Shown in pieces: positions 39,689 through 53,607 of a stretch of 64,000 nucleotides of DNA (within the stretch, counting starts at the first letter, position 1; every line of letters begins with the position of its first letter). The position numbers were made by a program, and so were the translations under genes. Source of the stretch: Tubiluchus corallicola (Eukaryota > Animalia > Priapulida); assembly GCA_030141605.1 (NCBI GenBank), contig JAQGDQ010000280.1, positions 239,887-303,886 on the forward strand. Direction: 5' to 3'. Under the pieces are notes generated by a model. That model had not been told where the DNA came from, ran no database searches, and worked only from the letters and a program-made list of their open reading frames with translations.

Positions 39689-42037
39689 TCTGAAGCATAA
39701 CTTGTAAAAGCACAAGGCTGTTTCTAGTCATTTTTGTATATATTTCAAATTATTTTGATTTGTCAGAAAAAAATGAATATGTTTCAATAATTATAATGTA
39801 CAGGATGTAGTTTAAACTGTTGAAGTAATGTGGCCATATTCACTGTTGCTTTGATTCTGCTGGTTGTGTGCATAAGTATGATTTTGTAAATGCCAACAGC
39901 TGTTTTATTGTGCCACTTTGTTTTCTACAATAATCAGTGCGACATTTTTCAAAATTAATTTAATTAGTTTTACATTCGAGATTATTTCTATTGAAATTTG
40001 TATAAAGTTTCTTTTCAGTTAAACTACCTACAATCTATCAACTTTTAGCATTAAATAACAAATTAAAAAACTGGACTGGACATGACCATTCGGAAAGTTT
40101 CTCACATTCAAAAGACATATTCGCACTCATATTCAGACTGGCCTCTTGGAGAAAATTTATGTCACTACAATGTACAATAAAGATTAATGCTTTAATAGTT
40201 GGTAACAAATTTTGTGGTATCTATAGGCTCAATTTTTTATATTGTTCAATGTCGAACCAAATTTAAAGTGGATCCCACTGGTGATCCAACAGAAAAACCA
40301 ACCAACAACCAACAACCAAAAAACCCACCAACTGGTAAAAGGGTGGGACATGGGCAAGTTCCACCAGTGAACTACTAAGTGTTTTGCCAGTCAAAAAGGC
40401 GCTGGCCCATCAGAAATTTCCAATGATGTCAACTATGTTGGGCCAGTGGCTGCGTGATATCTGGGCTAGACACTAAATTCCAGGCATTACAGGTAATACA
40501 CGGATCTCCCTCTAGCCTTAAATGCTGGACACGGATAATACACAAAAGATCTGTTTAATTCAATTTGTTTTTTGATATTCCAGTTTTATCAAACGTTGGG
40601 TTTAACCTGATAGCTTTTCGTATGAACAGCATGCAATATATCTGTTACATCTACATAAATGAAGATATAATATCATATCAAAATTTCTGATATATATTCT
40701 TATGGATGAATTTTGAATATAATGCATATAATTTAGGAATCATGTAAAATGCACTACCCACCCCATTCATCTTGGTACCTTCTGGCCAAGTTTTCACGTC
40801 CAGACTTGCAGAGGCAAAAAGGGTGAGACACCCTAAACAATTTAATCACTCTGTACTATAAGTATAGCGACACATGTATAATAAAGGCGAGTTGGCAGAC
40901 ACGACACGCCTATTCACGTCAATCTCCAAAAAATTGCTTTTCTTCTCATTCAACATGACACGCCAATGCACAAGAATGCCAATAGACTTGAGTGACTAAA
41001 CGATTTGTTTCTCTTTTTTATTATTATATCTAAAATTACGATTTTTGTAAGATTTAAAACTTGGTCACAATGAACGAGTTGCACGTTCCCCAGACACCAC
41101 TAGTCCATAAAATGACAAAAATATTTGGGATGTGATTTCCAGTCAACGCGACGACCATCACGCAGGCTGCAGTGACAGTATGTTTGCAAACCAAATATGA
41201 CTAATAAACTTTTTTGTTAAATTACCTCTAACCACTTAGTAAAAGAAAACACAGAGTTAAATGTTCAATTTTGAACTATTGCAGCAAGTGTCTTTGTACA
41301 GGTTAACTTGAAAACTAAGAGCTACATGATTTTATCTCCAATCACTTCCAAAATTCACCTGCATAATAGAATATAGGAAGAACGGGGCAAGGCACCAACA
41401 AGTTGACTGGTGGTAAATTTTATTATTAATCTAAGTGAATATTTTAGCATATAATTATGATCTCTAAAGCTGCCGTCCTGTCTATATTACCTAAAATATG
41501 CTAAGATTGTAACGATTTATTTGATAATGTTTCATTGAATCAATCTACTTTTCAAATGAACTCCATTAATGTACTCTCGTACGTCATGTACGTTGTATTA
41601 AAATAGCACACTTATTGTATTATTGTATTTGATTTAGTGATAATATAATAGTTTTTCGAGTGTATTATCCCGGTTTATTATTCCAGTATACTTATATAGT
41701 TATTAAAATTTATTATTTTTAGTTTCTTTGAAAAAAATTGATATATTCTACGAAACGTCATGCCACGTAAGCCTGCTCTGATACATCGTAACGACTGACA
41801 TGGCAATAGAAAGGAATGAACTGTCTTATAATGAGAAGCTATTACAAATATCTAATAAACATTATCGACAAGTACATCATGTTCCGTTTTTACAAACAAT
41901 TTATCAGTTTGAAAACTACAAACTGCTGCTTCACTATTTTCCACATTACTTGTTGCAACATTATATTCAAGTTGTACTGGCACATTGTTAATTTCTACAT
42001 TATCTTCTCTCATTTTACTATTAGAGCAAACCATTGC

Positions 42038-42157
42038 CACTATGGCCAAATCACGTTGAAAACACCGGTTCTCGTCTGATCACTGAAGTTAAGCAACGTA
42101 GAGCCTGGTTAGTACTTGGATGGGTGGCTGACTACGAATACCAGGTGCTGTAGGCTT
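42038..42157 (+). pseudogene. 5S rRNA-like sequence (SINE head, mirror copy)
   Basis: tatggccaaatcacgttgaaaacaccggttctcgtctgatcactgaagttaagc...gtgctgtaggctt, 120 nt. Confidence 0.88.
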
Positions 42158-42542
42158 GCGGGATGCCCACACTGTATCTCAACACTAGGCGGAGGAGCTG
42201 CACAAGCAGTCAACGGCTAGAGGGCGGAGGCGGTCAAGTGACCTAACGGCCATGTGTAGAGGAGTAAACCTTCCAAATCAGGAGTGGAGCCCCGAAGGCG
42301 GACCAGTGCAGCATGCTCACTGACTCCGGCACCTCCTGCAGCCAACCTGGTGTCAAACGTATCGCTCCGCTTTCCTTTAGACTACACCAGGGAGGAAGAG
42401 AGGGGGTTCCTGTTGTCTGGGCAACTCAGGATCTCCATACACCTTGCCCAGGCGTGCGCCCTGGAGACGTTCAAGGATCGGACTCTCTTGGCGCACATTC
42501 AATTGTCTTCCGAGACAGAAGGATGCCAATAACAACAACAAT
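42041..42542 (+). mobile_element. 5S rRNA-derived SINE (mirror copy)
   Basis: TSD ccattgccac at 42031-42040 and 42543-42552; tail aataacaacaacaa. Confidence 0.85.
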
Positions 42543-42707
42543 CCATTGCCACATTTACTACACTTAGATTCAAGCTTCAAGATAACTGTTTTTGCATCCC
42601 GAACACTTGTGAGATGCACTAATCGAGTGTTTTTCAGATAAGCATGGCTATTTATTTTTTTGTTAATTATTTTCAACTAAACAGTTGCATGGACGTATAG
42701 CGAGTTT

Positions 42708-43348
42708 GCTAACCTGCCAATCTCAAGAATCTAAGAAGGAGACTTCTAAAAGCATTTTAAGTATCTGACCAGAGACATAATACAGACAGCCTCACCAACC
42801 TTGTCAGAAGATATGTATGACCAAACTGAGGAAAGTGGTAGCAGATGTTCTTTTGACAATCTGAGGTACCTGGTCAGAAGAAATCTGCAGGCTACTCATC
42901 ATCTGGCAAGATGACATCCACAAGCAATCTAAAACATTTACTATTATACCTCAAGTCTAAATACATCCACATCCAATCGAAATCATCTGTTAATATAAAC
43001 AGACAAACTGAAATATTTAACCAGAACTCATCTAGAGCAATCTCAAACATCTGGTGAGATGAAATCTACTGTGCATCCCAAGTGTCTAACAGGAAGACTT
43101 TTACAGGCAATGTTAGTTATCTGAATAGAGACATATACATACAACCTCAACTGTTTTGTCAAAAGATATATATGGCCAAACTGAAGCATTGAATTGAAAA
43201 AGCTTTTATTGTCAATCACAATTACTTGATCAAAAGGAAACTTAAGGCAACTTCACTACCTGACAAGAAGACATTACTGGTAACCTCAGCCATCTGGTAA
43301 GATGTCGTCTACAGACAACTTCAATAATCTTCTAATATCTCAACTATT
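42708..43348. repeat. Degenerate tandem duplication (mirror copy)
   Basis: Reverse complement of 14090-14730. Confidence 0.6.
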
Positions 43349-44017
43349 TAGTTATAAGGCATCTACACTCAATCCCAATCATGTGTTAAGATGTACAGAC
43401 AGAGAAAATTCAGAAAGTGAGTATAACTCTTTAATGTGCAACGTTTAGTTGAATAATAAAATCATGTTAGTGAATTGCTGTTGATAAAAATGCAAGGAGA
43501 TTCAATGACAATACAATTTTTTCTTTAACATACAATCAATCCTAAAAACTTAGTGCCAATAATAAAATTTAAGTAATTAGTCGAGTAAGTACCGCAAATA
43601 CTTGCTAGAGAATTACTTGATGTTAAGCTGTTAATTATTAGTAGATAAAACAAAAGAAAAGCAAAAAAAAGAAATGTGGTTTGTGATCAAGAATGGATTA
43701 TTCTCTAAGCGCTGAGCAGTAAAAACAGCACAGGAAAAAATGTCATATAGGAAAAAATAACACAGGAAAAAATGGCACAAATAGTAGGTACCCAGGATGC
43801 ACACAGTAGGAAGCAGAACTCTGCCAAGACCAAACTATCCTAATTTGCTATTCGCCTGATTCTTTTGATTAAAAAAATTAACACAAAGATGGACAAACAA
43901 ACATGCAAAAATGCACACGATTGTATTGAAACTATATAGCCTGTAGCGATGCTCTGTCTCATCGCACAACCTTGAGAGCTACTGTGGAGAGCATGCTAAT
44001 TAGACGATTAATTTTTA

Positions 44018-44548
44018 CTGCTCGATTTGTAAGAACGCCTTAGATAAATCACCCATCAAGATATACTTGTGTATCATAAACCTAATCAAAAGAGCTGCTA
44101 AAATTTGAAGATGATTTGCGCCAGTATACAAACAATCATTTGATAACACTGATAACACCGACCTTTTCTTCTTACAACTCGCATTAAAAACTATATGTAA
44201 TGGTGAAGTCTGGCTATGTTTTAAGACAGGTGTGAGGAAGGTAAGTTAATGGCTTTCCTGCAGGGAAATTTCGGTTACACTTTTCTATTATAGCATCCTG
44301 TAACTGCTGTTGAAAGATTTTGTTGTATGCTTGTAAACGTGTTGGATTTTGCTTAAGTCTAAATACAACATTCTGTAAGCGTGCTTTGCACAAATCAAGA
44401 TTCGTGGGGAGCTTGGCTAACTTATCTCTATCACGAACTGGCCAAGAAATTCTGAACCGACCGTTCACAATGTAAGCAGTTCTATTAAAATGGTCTTCTA
44501 CAATCGCCTCTTCTTCTGCCTTTGTTAAATTACTGAAAGAATCGGTAA
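44018..44548 (-). mobile_element. BEL/Pao RT fragment (mirror copy)
   Basis: ORF 44214..44645 is identical to 12793..13224. Confidence 0.85.
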
Positions 44549-46067
44549 TTACTGTATAAGTTTGTATTTTTGTAAGATAGATGGCGCTAGGAGGCGGAGA
44601 GCGGTAAACAATAATCAACAGATGGTCGAATATACATGTGAACAAATTTTTTAAAAATACAAGTAATGACTACTGTATTTAACAAAATCCATTGCTTTAT
44701 CATATTTGTATTTTACGTTTTAAATAAAAACGAAGTTAAAACAATTTCCAACGAATCGAAATCCCAGAATTTAGAGAGTTCACATGTACAATTTTTTGTC
44801 TTGCTCATTGACTTGTTTGTATTGTAAACTTGCAAAGTGGTCTCATTGGACGAAATGCCTTCAACTTGCTCCCCTTATGCACATGTATTTCTACCCAGTA
44901 TAAATGATAACTATCATTAGTTATGCTTGACATGACTATCGGATTAACGTTTGTTTCAAAACTAGCTTGCGATTGCGCTATTAAACTATTGTGTGTTAAA
45001 GCTGTGTAATCACTACTAAAACCTGACCGTTCTCCCCTTTGCCCTTCAAAATTGTTTGCGGTCGCGAATTCCTGAAGCGCAAATTCATTGTCTGCTGTAG
45101 AAGCTTCAGAAACAATCGCGCCAGTAAAGACGTTTTGTAACATTTGGCAGTTTGCCAGCAGCTGGCTCAATTAAATTTTCAGAAGCAGCTTGCTGCGAAA
45201 TAGGCAATATATTCACGCAAGATTTATCTCTGCCTTCCGCATTATTATCAACATCATAAGTTAGAATTCTAGGCTCACTGCACAGAGTACTAGATAGGCC
45301 TAACTGACATTCTGAACTAGCAAACACATTAACAACATTATACTGTTCATAATATGTATCCTTGCAAAAATTACTCAAGTCTGTCTGAGGAATTGATACT
45401 AAACTAACATCAGTCTGCAAAGTTGTTGTGTTTGCAGTACAATGAGGTGCTATAATATATATTCTGCACATAGATCTGCATGTAACAATTTAGTTCTCTT
45501 TGTAACGAATGTCTGGATAATTTATTTTTATAATTATAAGCACTCGTTTTCAGGAATCAGTTAGAATTCGCAGAAAGTGAATTCATTCTCCATATTTTTA
45601 ACATTAAATTTTGTTTGCGTCTTGCAGCCAAAGAGCGAGTGTTTGTAGAAAAATGTGTTGCGTCATCAAAGTAGGCGGGGCTAAACGCAGCTTGGGATCT
45701 GCGTGTTATTCCTACGGCTTCGAGTCAAATTCAAGTTTCTCTCGATATTTTTGTCATCTCTTTTCTGATTGTCAATTACATGCCCCATTTAGTAATGCGT
45801 CACCTGTTGGTAAATTGCTCATAGGTTTAACAGAAAGTACTTTAGATTTTTGCCATTAATGTCATTGTCTTTTGCAGACTGATTATAAATAAACTTTTAG
45901 GTAAAATTCTTCTAACCAATACAATTACAAATTTACAAACAGAAGAGTACAAACACAAGGTGCATGCTTGCTCAGTTTATTACATCCTAACAATGTCTAG
46001 TCAGGCTTTTATTGCAGTTACTCTTTGATACGGTGAAATCTGTTTAGTTGTTTGCTTTGTGACATGC

Positions 46068-47823
46068 AAAAAATTCTTTTTCCTGTGTTCCTGCCATTCT
46101 TCTTCTGTTATATTTCCTGCCTCATGGCCCACGCATACATCACACTGATCTTTTCCAGGTTGGAATAATGCTATGTTCTTCTCATCAATAAGAACTTGTC
46201 GTGATAATGATGTTATATTTCGTTCTTCTCATTTCTCTTTGTAAAGTTTGTACAGGTTAGCCATGGTTGATATTACTGCTTCTAAATAACTTTTGGTTGT
46301 AAGAAGCACGGCAATAGTGAGAAGACATTTTGGGAAGCTTATCCAAAAATTCTGTTCTCGTGAATTCCCTCCCTTCGTTGGCTCTATCATAATATTTTGA
46401 ACGTACTCCAGCATTTCTTGGAGTGACTGAATTCTGTCCAATTTTGGACTGACCAGCTACCAAGTCCTGTAGTGGAAAGAAACATCATTCTGCACACGGG
46501 TGTGTGTTCCCCATCCTTTTTAAGTATCGAATTGCTAAGCTTCTTCAGGATTTTCACCTGCTGCTCGGCATCGTTTTGTTGGTACTGCCTCAACTGTTTT
46601 AACGAAAATTTTCCGTTCACCCAACATTAAGTTTTCCCAGATGTTGTGAAATTTTTTCTCCTATCCTCTTCACTGAAATCCCCACACAACATTGACTTGG
46701 TGTTTTGACAACTACCCCGTGGGTTAATTTTCCGCTCAGCTTTTTTCACTTTACGTGATTCACCATTTATGTTTTTCAGGCGGATATATGATTTTCCCTT
46801 TTCTCTCTGAGATTTATTAACATTTTGTTTCCATTTTTCTGGATTTGCCTTTTTAGATCTTTTTTGTGAGATTCCAGCTCCTTTTGTTTTGCAAAGTGAT
46901 TCTTCCCTGCCTGATTATTTCCTGTTTGCACTTTATTTGCCCCTTCTTCATCGGATTCGGTTTCGGGTTCTGGTATGTATATGGGGTCACTGTTGGAAGA
47001 CTCACCACAGTCGGATTCGGTTTGGTATGTGTGGTCACTGTTGGAAGACTCACCACAGTCGGATTCGGTTTCGGGTTCTGCTATGTATGTGGGGTCACTG
47101 TTGGAAGACTTACCACAGTCGGTTTCGGGTTCTGGTATGTATGTGGGGTCACTTTTGGAAGACTCACCACAGTCGGATTCGGTTTCTGGTATGTATGTGG
47201 GGTCACTGTTGGAAGACTCACCACAGTCGGTTTCGGGTTCTGGTATGTATGTGGGGTCACTGTTGGAAGACTCACCACAGTCGGATTCGGATTCAGGTTC
47301 TGGTATGTATCTGGGGGTCACTGTTGGAAGACTCACCACAGTCGGATTCGGTTTCGGGTTCTGGTATGTATCTGGGGGTCACTGTTGGAAGACTCACCAC
47401 AGTCGGATTCGGTTTCGGGTTCTGGTATGTATATGGGGTCACTGTTGGAAAACTCACCACAGTCGGATTCGGTTTCGGGTTCTGGTTTGTATGTGGGGTC
47501 ACTGTTGGAAGACTCGCCACAGTCAATTGCATCATTATCTAAATAATCCACTTTTTGCAGAATTTCAGCTGTTGCTGACTGACCAAACAAGTCCTCATCA
47601 AGAGAGGTGTCCACGGCCATATCCTCAACTACGTCTGTCAACTCTTCTTCACGACAACTCCTCAAATAAGCTCTCTATGGTGACTTCTATTGGCTGTGTA
47701 TCTGTTGCATCTAATGGACTATGAATACTGTTACTATTTTTCACTTCTGAAGTCTTTTCAGCCACTAGATTCTGTTTCCTGCTGAGCTCTATGAGCATTT
47801 TGCCTCTACTGAATTGGTTCATG
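46068..47823 (-). mobile_element. Sola-like transposase remnant (mirror copy)
   Basis: ORFs 46257..46463, 46776..47339 and 47333..47665. Confidence 0.6.
46951..47523 (-). repeat. 60-bp tandem repeat (mirror copy)
   Basis: Reverse complement of 9916-10487 with several differences. Confidence 0.95.
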
Positions 47824-49986
47824 GCTTATCTATAAAACTGTAAAGAGTATTTAATAATAACAATCTCTACTTTGTACTTGATAAACACACTGTAACGTGC
47901 CGAGGCTTATTTGCTTAAAAACAAAATAACTACTGCCACTATTGTAACGTTTTGAGGCTATTGCATTTTTAATTTTTATATAATGATCAGGAAAATATAC
48001 TACATGTATTTTCACGGGTTCGTCTGCTGTTTTTTAAGGCTGTTTAGTTAAAAACAAAACAAGATGAAACATAAATTTTAAAGCTATAATTATTACAAAA
48101 GAAGAGTACAACAACAAGTCAACAATAAGAGCTCAAAATTACTACTAGTGGCTTGCTGTGAAAACCCCCAAGGAAAGATGAGGATAGGAAAATGAATGCG
48201 CATAACTTATCTGAATGTTCATGACGATGTTGTGCACAACTTGACGATCCTCCCACAATGACAACGCTGACGCCGGCAACATGACGATCCTCCATGAGCC
48301 ATAACAATGCAGATGACGACAGCTAATCAACAGCTTCCAGCAACCCTCTTGTAGTCTACTACACCAACGTACCAACAGCTGACTGGAATAACATCACACT
48401 TCTGTGGCTTGACCAGCTCTTCAAACCATGTAACAGCAACAGCAACGAGACTGAGAAAGATGGTCTATACAACAGGAACACTGTCCTTTTGGCCAAAACA
48501 GCACTTAGCTCAGTTCTCCATGGTAAAGAAGTTACATCACAGATCGTGTACCAGCCTTTCCAGACGAATACGTTAACTACAGGTATACTGGAACATGCCC
48601 ACTGGTCAGACCAACAACTAACGTCTGTACCAGTGAAAAGTATCAACTTAACTGTCCAGAACAGGTATTGCTTTTTCTACATAAGCAAAGGAAGCATTCC
48701 AACGGGTAAGTACAAACCATTTTAAGTGACAGGGGTGAGGAGATGATGAAATGAAAGAACACATACAGCAATGCAAGCCAAGCAAGCCATTTACTATCAA
48801 AATTAATAACACACAGACAGACAAGACAGGCCTAATTACATTCACTTCACTACTGCTGATGCACCATAACATGCATTGTTAGTTTGAGTGATAAATAAAC
48901 AATTGTATGTTTTTTCAGTTGTCTTGAATGAATGTCAAGTTTCTAGTCTACTTTATAGACACTTCAGTAGAACAGAACTTATTGGATAAGGTTTACTAAT
49001 TTGAACATTAAAAATACTGTAGCAACTCCCATACCTTGTAACCTTGTTGAAGGTCAGCAGCCGTCTGCTATGCAGGACGCATTGTTATCTACGTAGCAGG
49101 TCTCATCAGTCTTTTTTATTAACCAATCACATAGCTGCTTTGCAACATGGCAGGTTTCATTTTGTCATCATTTTAAGAATGTCTGCACCCACTTTGCTTC
49201 AAAAGGGATATAGCAGTACTCATTACAAAACAATTTTGGTGCTTGGATTTAGCTGGTTATTCTATTGTTGTATTTCAGCCCGTAGAATGTAGAGAAGACA
49301 GTGCCAGGTTTTATCAAGACATGCCAAGGGCTACGTTTCGCATTTGCATGAAAAATCTCATTTTGGCCAGCAGGTTTCAATAGGAAGCCATCGTTATATC
49401 ATTTCAAAATATCAAAGAGTTTTTCCTGGTCAACAGAAACAAAATCAATAAGCACTTCGTCTACAAGATTTTTATCCATTTCAGCAATATAACTAACAAG
49501 AAGTGTTTATGATGTTGTTAATATTTTACTGTAATAATGCCTGCTCCTAATAATTATTAATAACCTAATAATAGTTGCACAATTTCTACATATTTGTTGG
49601 ATGATACTTACTCGTCTAACCGTATTCTTGCTATCAGTGTACATCTCTCCTGGCACACGGCATTGATATATGCCATCTCTGATGACGTGAATATGTACAT
49701 GAAAACGGTGACATTGTTTGGGAATATTTGAGCTTCAGCAGCTTCTCCGAGAATAAGGACCTGCACTCCTTTTGATGTAAATAGCAAAATAAAGATGATT
49801 TAGTACATCACCACTGTGAGTACGGAATTGGAGTGAACGCAAGTCTTTGCAAATGTTGTCATGGATTTAAAAAATAATAAACGACTGAAATAAAATTAAA
49901 AATTCTTTCTGCTAAACCAACATCACAACATTAAGTAACTGGTATAATGATAATTAACAATAACATGACATGACGAAATGTGAAGA

Positions 49987-50509
49987 AATGAAACTTACAT
50001 CTTTGCCGCATACCGGTGACTCACTACTTTCATATCCTAACTGTGAAATGAGGCCAATGGCCTATTTCCTGAACTAGCTCACCTGTCTAAACTAGGAAAA
50101 ACAAACACCAGGAGGCACCACGTGCTTATATCCAAAACACCGCCTCCTTAAATGCTCTCCTGCAGCATTTACAAAATTAAAGGAAACCAACAGTGTAATA
50201 ACATATCATGACTGACTAAATTGACATACTTCTACTTCAGAATTTAACTTAAACATACAGCTTATGAATGCTTAACAAAATCAACTAATTATTACATTCG
50301 ATTAAATTTATTTTATGAATTAGTCGTTTTAGAGTCTCTTCTCTAGTCTTCAATGTCACAATTCTCACTAGTCCATCACTGCTTTTTCGTGCTTCAATGA
50401 TCCGTCTTAGCATCCAGTGATCCCTTGGTGTCTCATCCAGAACTAATACCATGTCTCCTATTTCAACATTCTTCTGCTCCTTGTTCCATTTGCTTCGAGT
50501 CTGAAGTTC
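49987..50509 (-). mobile_element. BEL/Pao integrase C-terminus and LTR start (mirror copy)
   Basis: ORF 50285..50563. Confidence 0.8.
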
Positions 50510-52037
50510 CAAGACCTTTCTCAGAAGAATCGCATTGTAAGGTGACTTCTTCTTTAGGATCATAGTAACGCAGTACAGGTTTCTGGGAGATAGCTGATTT
50601 TATAGTTCGGAAAGCTTTCCCCTGGGTTTCATCCCAGTGCCACAGTACATTTTTCTCAGTAAGTTCTCTAAGTGGCTTGCACATGTCACTTAAGTTAGGA
50701 AGAAATTTAGATCGACAATTAACTAATCCCAGAAGTCTCCGTACACCAGACACATCTGGTGGGGCAGGCATTTCTACAATAGCCTTAACATTGTCTGGAT
50801 CAGGCATCAGACCTTCACTTGTTAATACATGACCAATAAACTGTACTTTACTCTGTCGCAGCTTAATTTTCTCTTTGCTTAAGACTAAATTTTTCTCTCT
50901 GCTTTCTCTCATCATGGTCCTTATTTGCAATTTCTAGTGTCGCTCCGTTGCCAATAACTAGCACATTGTCTGCTACACTCATAACATTCTTTAAACTTTC
51001 TAGAGCCTCATCTTGTCTGAGTTGGTACTCTTCAGGAGCAACCGATATGCCAAAAGGCATACGTCGCCAACGATAACGTCCGAAAGGTGTATTGAAAGTG
51101 GTTAAGTAAGAGCTAGATTCATCTAGTTCCACTTGCCAAAATCCATTCTTGGCATCAAAAATACTGAAGACTTTGGCCTTACTCAAATCTGGCAAGACAT
51201 CCTCAGTAGTCTTTAAAGGATAGTGGTTTCACCTCAAAGCTTTATTTAGATCCTGAGGATCTATACAGACTCTCAGCTTGTTGTTTGATTTTCGTAGAAC
51301 AAGGAGGCTAGATACGAAATCTGTAGGAGTCTTGACTTTAGAAAGAATTTCTTGAGATTCAAGTTTATCTAGTTCACTCTTTAAGTCATCCTTCAAAGCA
51401 ACAGGTACACGTCTAGGTGGATGTACTACAGAGGGTACATTAGAATCTACTTCTAGGTGCAGTTTTCCAGGAAGTTTACCTTACACTTTATACTTTCCAC
51501 CATTTTTAGGATTTATCATTTTAACAACACAAGGTTGTTCCTCCGTCATACGTGTAAAGCAGTTTTCTCTCACTATGATCAATCAACTGATTGGAAGGCA
51601 GAAAATTGGCTGGTATCACATTGCTTGTTGCAGCACTATCAATCAGAAAACGAATAGGTTTCTTACTCACCAGCATCGTAGCAAAAAATTTATTTCCAGG
51701 TTTCACCCTTGAAGAATGAAGCGCTTGCACACTCCAGTAGTTTTCCAAATTTTCACTATCAGAATCTGAGTCACTACACTGTAGATCACAAAACTGCTGA
51801 TTAAGGGTGTGCACATTTCTTTTTCTACTATGTGATGCAGATTTTCTAAGAGAATCACATTTGACTTGGAAGTGATTCCATTGCTTACACTTAGAACACT
51901 GCTTACCATATGCAGGGCAACTATCACGACCAAAAACATGTCGTTTTCCACAAAATTTACAGCGTTTTTGGTATGAATCACGTGTGTCTCTTCTTGCTTG
52001 GAGTAATCTGTTGTACTCACTGTGATAATGCAAACGA
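50509..52037 (-). mobile_element. Ty3/Gypsy gag-pol fragment (mirror copy)
   Basis: ORFs 50463..50930, 50863..51195 and 51521..52051. Confidence 0.92.
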
Positions 52038-52496
52038 CGATGCGTAGCCAACTAATCCACAAACAATTAATTGCATAAATATTGTATAAATAATTATTAA
52101 GCAAACAAACAAAAATGTATGTAAAAAACACTACCATTAGTCAAACACTAATTTAGCTACGTTTGAATGAGCTAAATATTACACTATCTTCTTAAATTAC
52201 AGTATCAGGTCGATAAACTAACAAATAAATTCGGAAATAATGCACAACAGCTAAACCTAACTAAAACTGGGTCAAATACCTATTTGCCTAACTACACGCC
52301 ACCAGCCCATATGATCAGAAGCACCACCAACTGCTAACATCAGATACGCAAATACTAAATCGTGCAACTTACAGTCTCTGGATTGTTACCGTACTGGGGG
52401 TGCCTCGTCACCTCAAACATGGATCCGCCTCTCAACGGTTTGTCGGTGCACCAATAGCATTTCCCAACAATACGAACACAGCAATGAGACAAAGTC

Positions 52497-53607
52497 TTAA
52501 TTGTCACCAAACTTTGTGAAAATCTCTACCACCAAAAACATCTGCCCACTCAGTTGTCCAATAATTTCAGACCTCATGGACAAATTGGTTTGCTTGAATT
52601 TATCCAGATCAGATTTTGTAACAGACCAATTAACTATAGAAAGTTCTTCGTTGTTAATTTGCCCTGCATCTCTAGTAGTAGCTAAAAATTGGCTTAAATC
52701 TCTAGCATAATATTTTACAAAGTGGTTATATGACAGATAAAAGTTAGTATTAAATATATACAAAAGTTCTTTCTTAACTAGATCATCATCACCATTCTGC
52801 AATATTTTACTTAGGAATCTTACATTATGAGCTTTCATTTCGATTGATAAAGGAGGCAACCCACATAAAATTTCTAACAATACCCTGCAAGGTTTAAAGG
52901 ATGAACCCATTGCAGTTCGGAGGACATCATAATACAAGTCATCAAATAATGAATGTTTTTTAGCTAACCAAACACTGGCACTGTATAGTATAACAGGTAG
53001 TGCAAATGTTTTAAACAGTTGTGTAATAGTTGCCATTCTCATTCCTCTGTATTTAAAACACAGTTGCTTAATTTGTGTCCATTTGTGCCAGGCATTTTTC
53101 CTAACTCTATTGGTATAACAATCAAATTTCAGATTACTATCAATAGTGATACCCAGTACTGTACTATTTTGAACATATTCAATTTCATTATCACCAATTT
53201 TTAATTTAGGCAAATTATTATTTACTATATCTTGCGTAGACCCCATGACCATAACTTCCGTTTTATTCCTATTACAGTTGACTTTCAGCCGCCATTTTTT
53301 ACACCATAGATGTAACTTATTACAACAAATTTGCGCAGTATTACGACACTCATCAGAGTTTGTTTTAGATGCGTGAAATGTGTCATCGTCTGCGTATTTA
53401 AAGACGTCTGCCATTTTATTGGTTCTTACATCATTTAGCATTTCTGAGATGAAAATTATGAATAACAGAGGTGAAAGGACAGAGCCTTGTGGGAGGCCAA
53501 TATTACTGTTATACTTTTGAGAACAGAATTAACCTACACTGATACAGAATGATCGACTCAACAAGTAGTTTTTGATTGTAGCCAAGAACTTTCTAGCAAT
53601 TCCTAAT
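52497..53607 (-). mobile_element. Non-LTR RT fragment (mirror copy)
   Basis: ORF 52497..53441 differs from 3996..4940 at two amino acids. Confidence 0.9.
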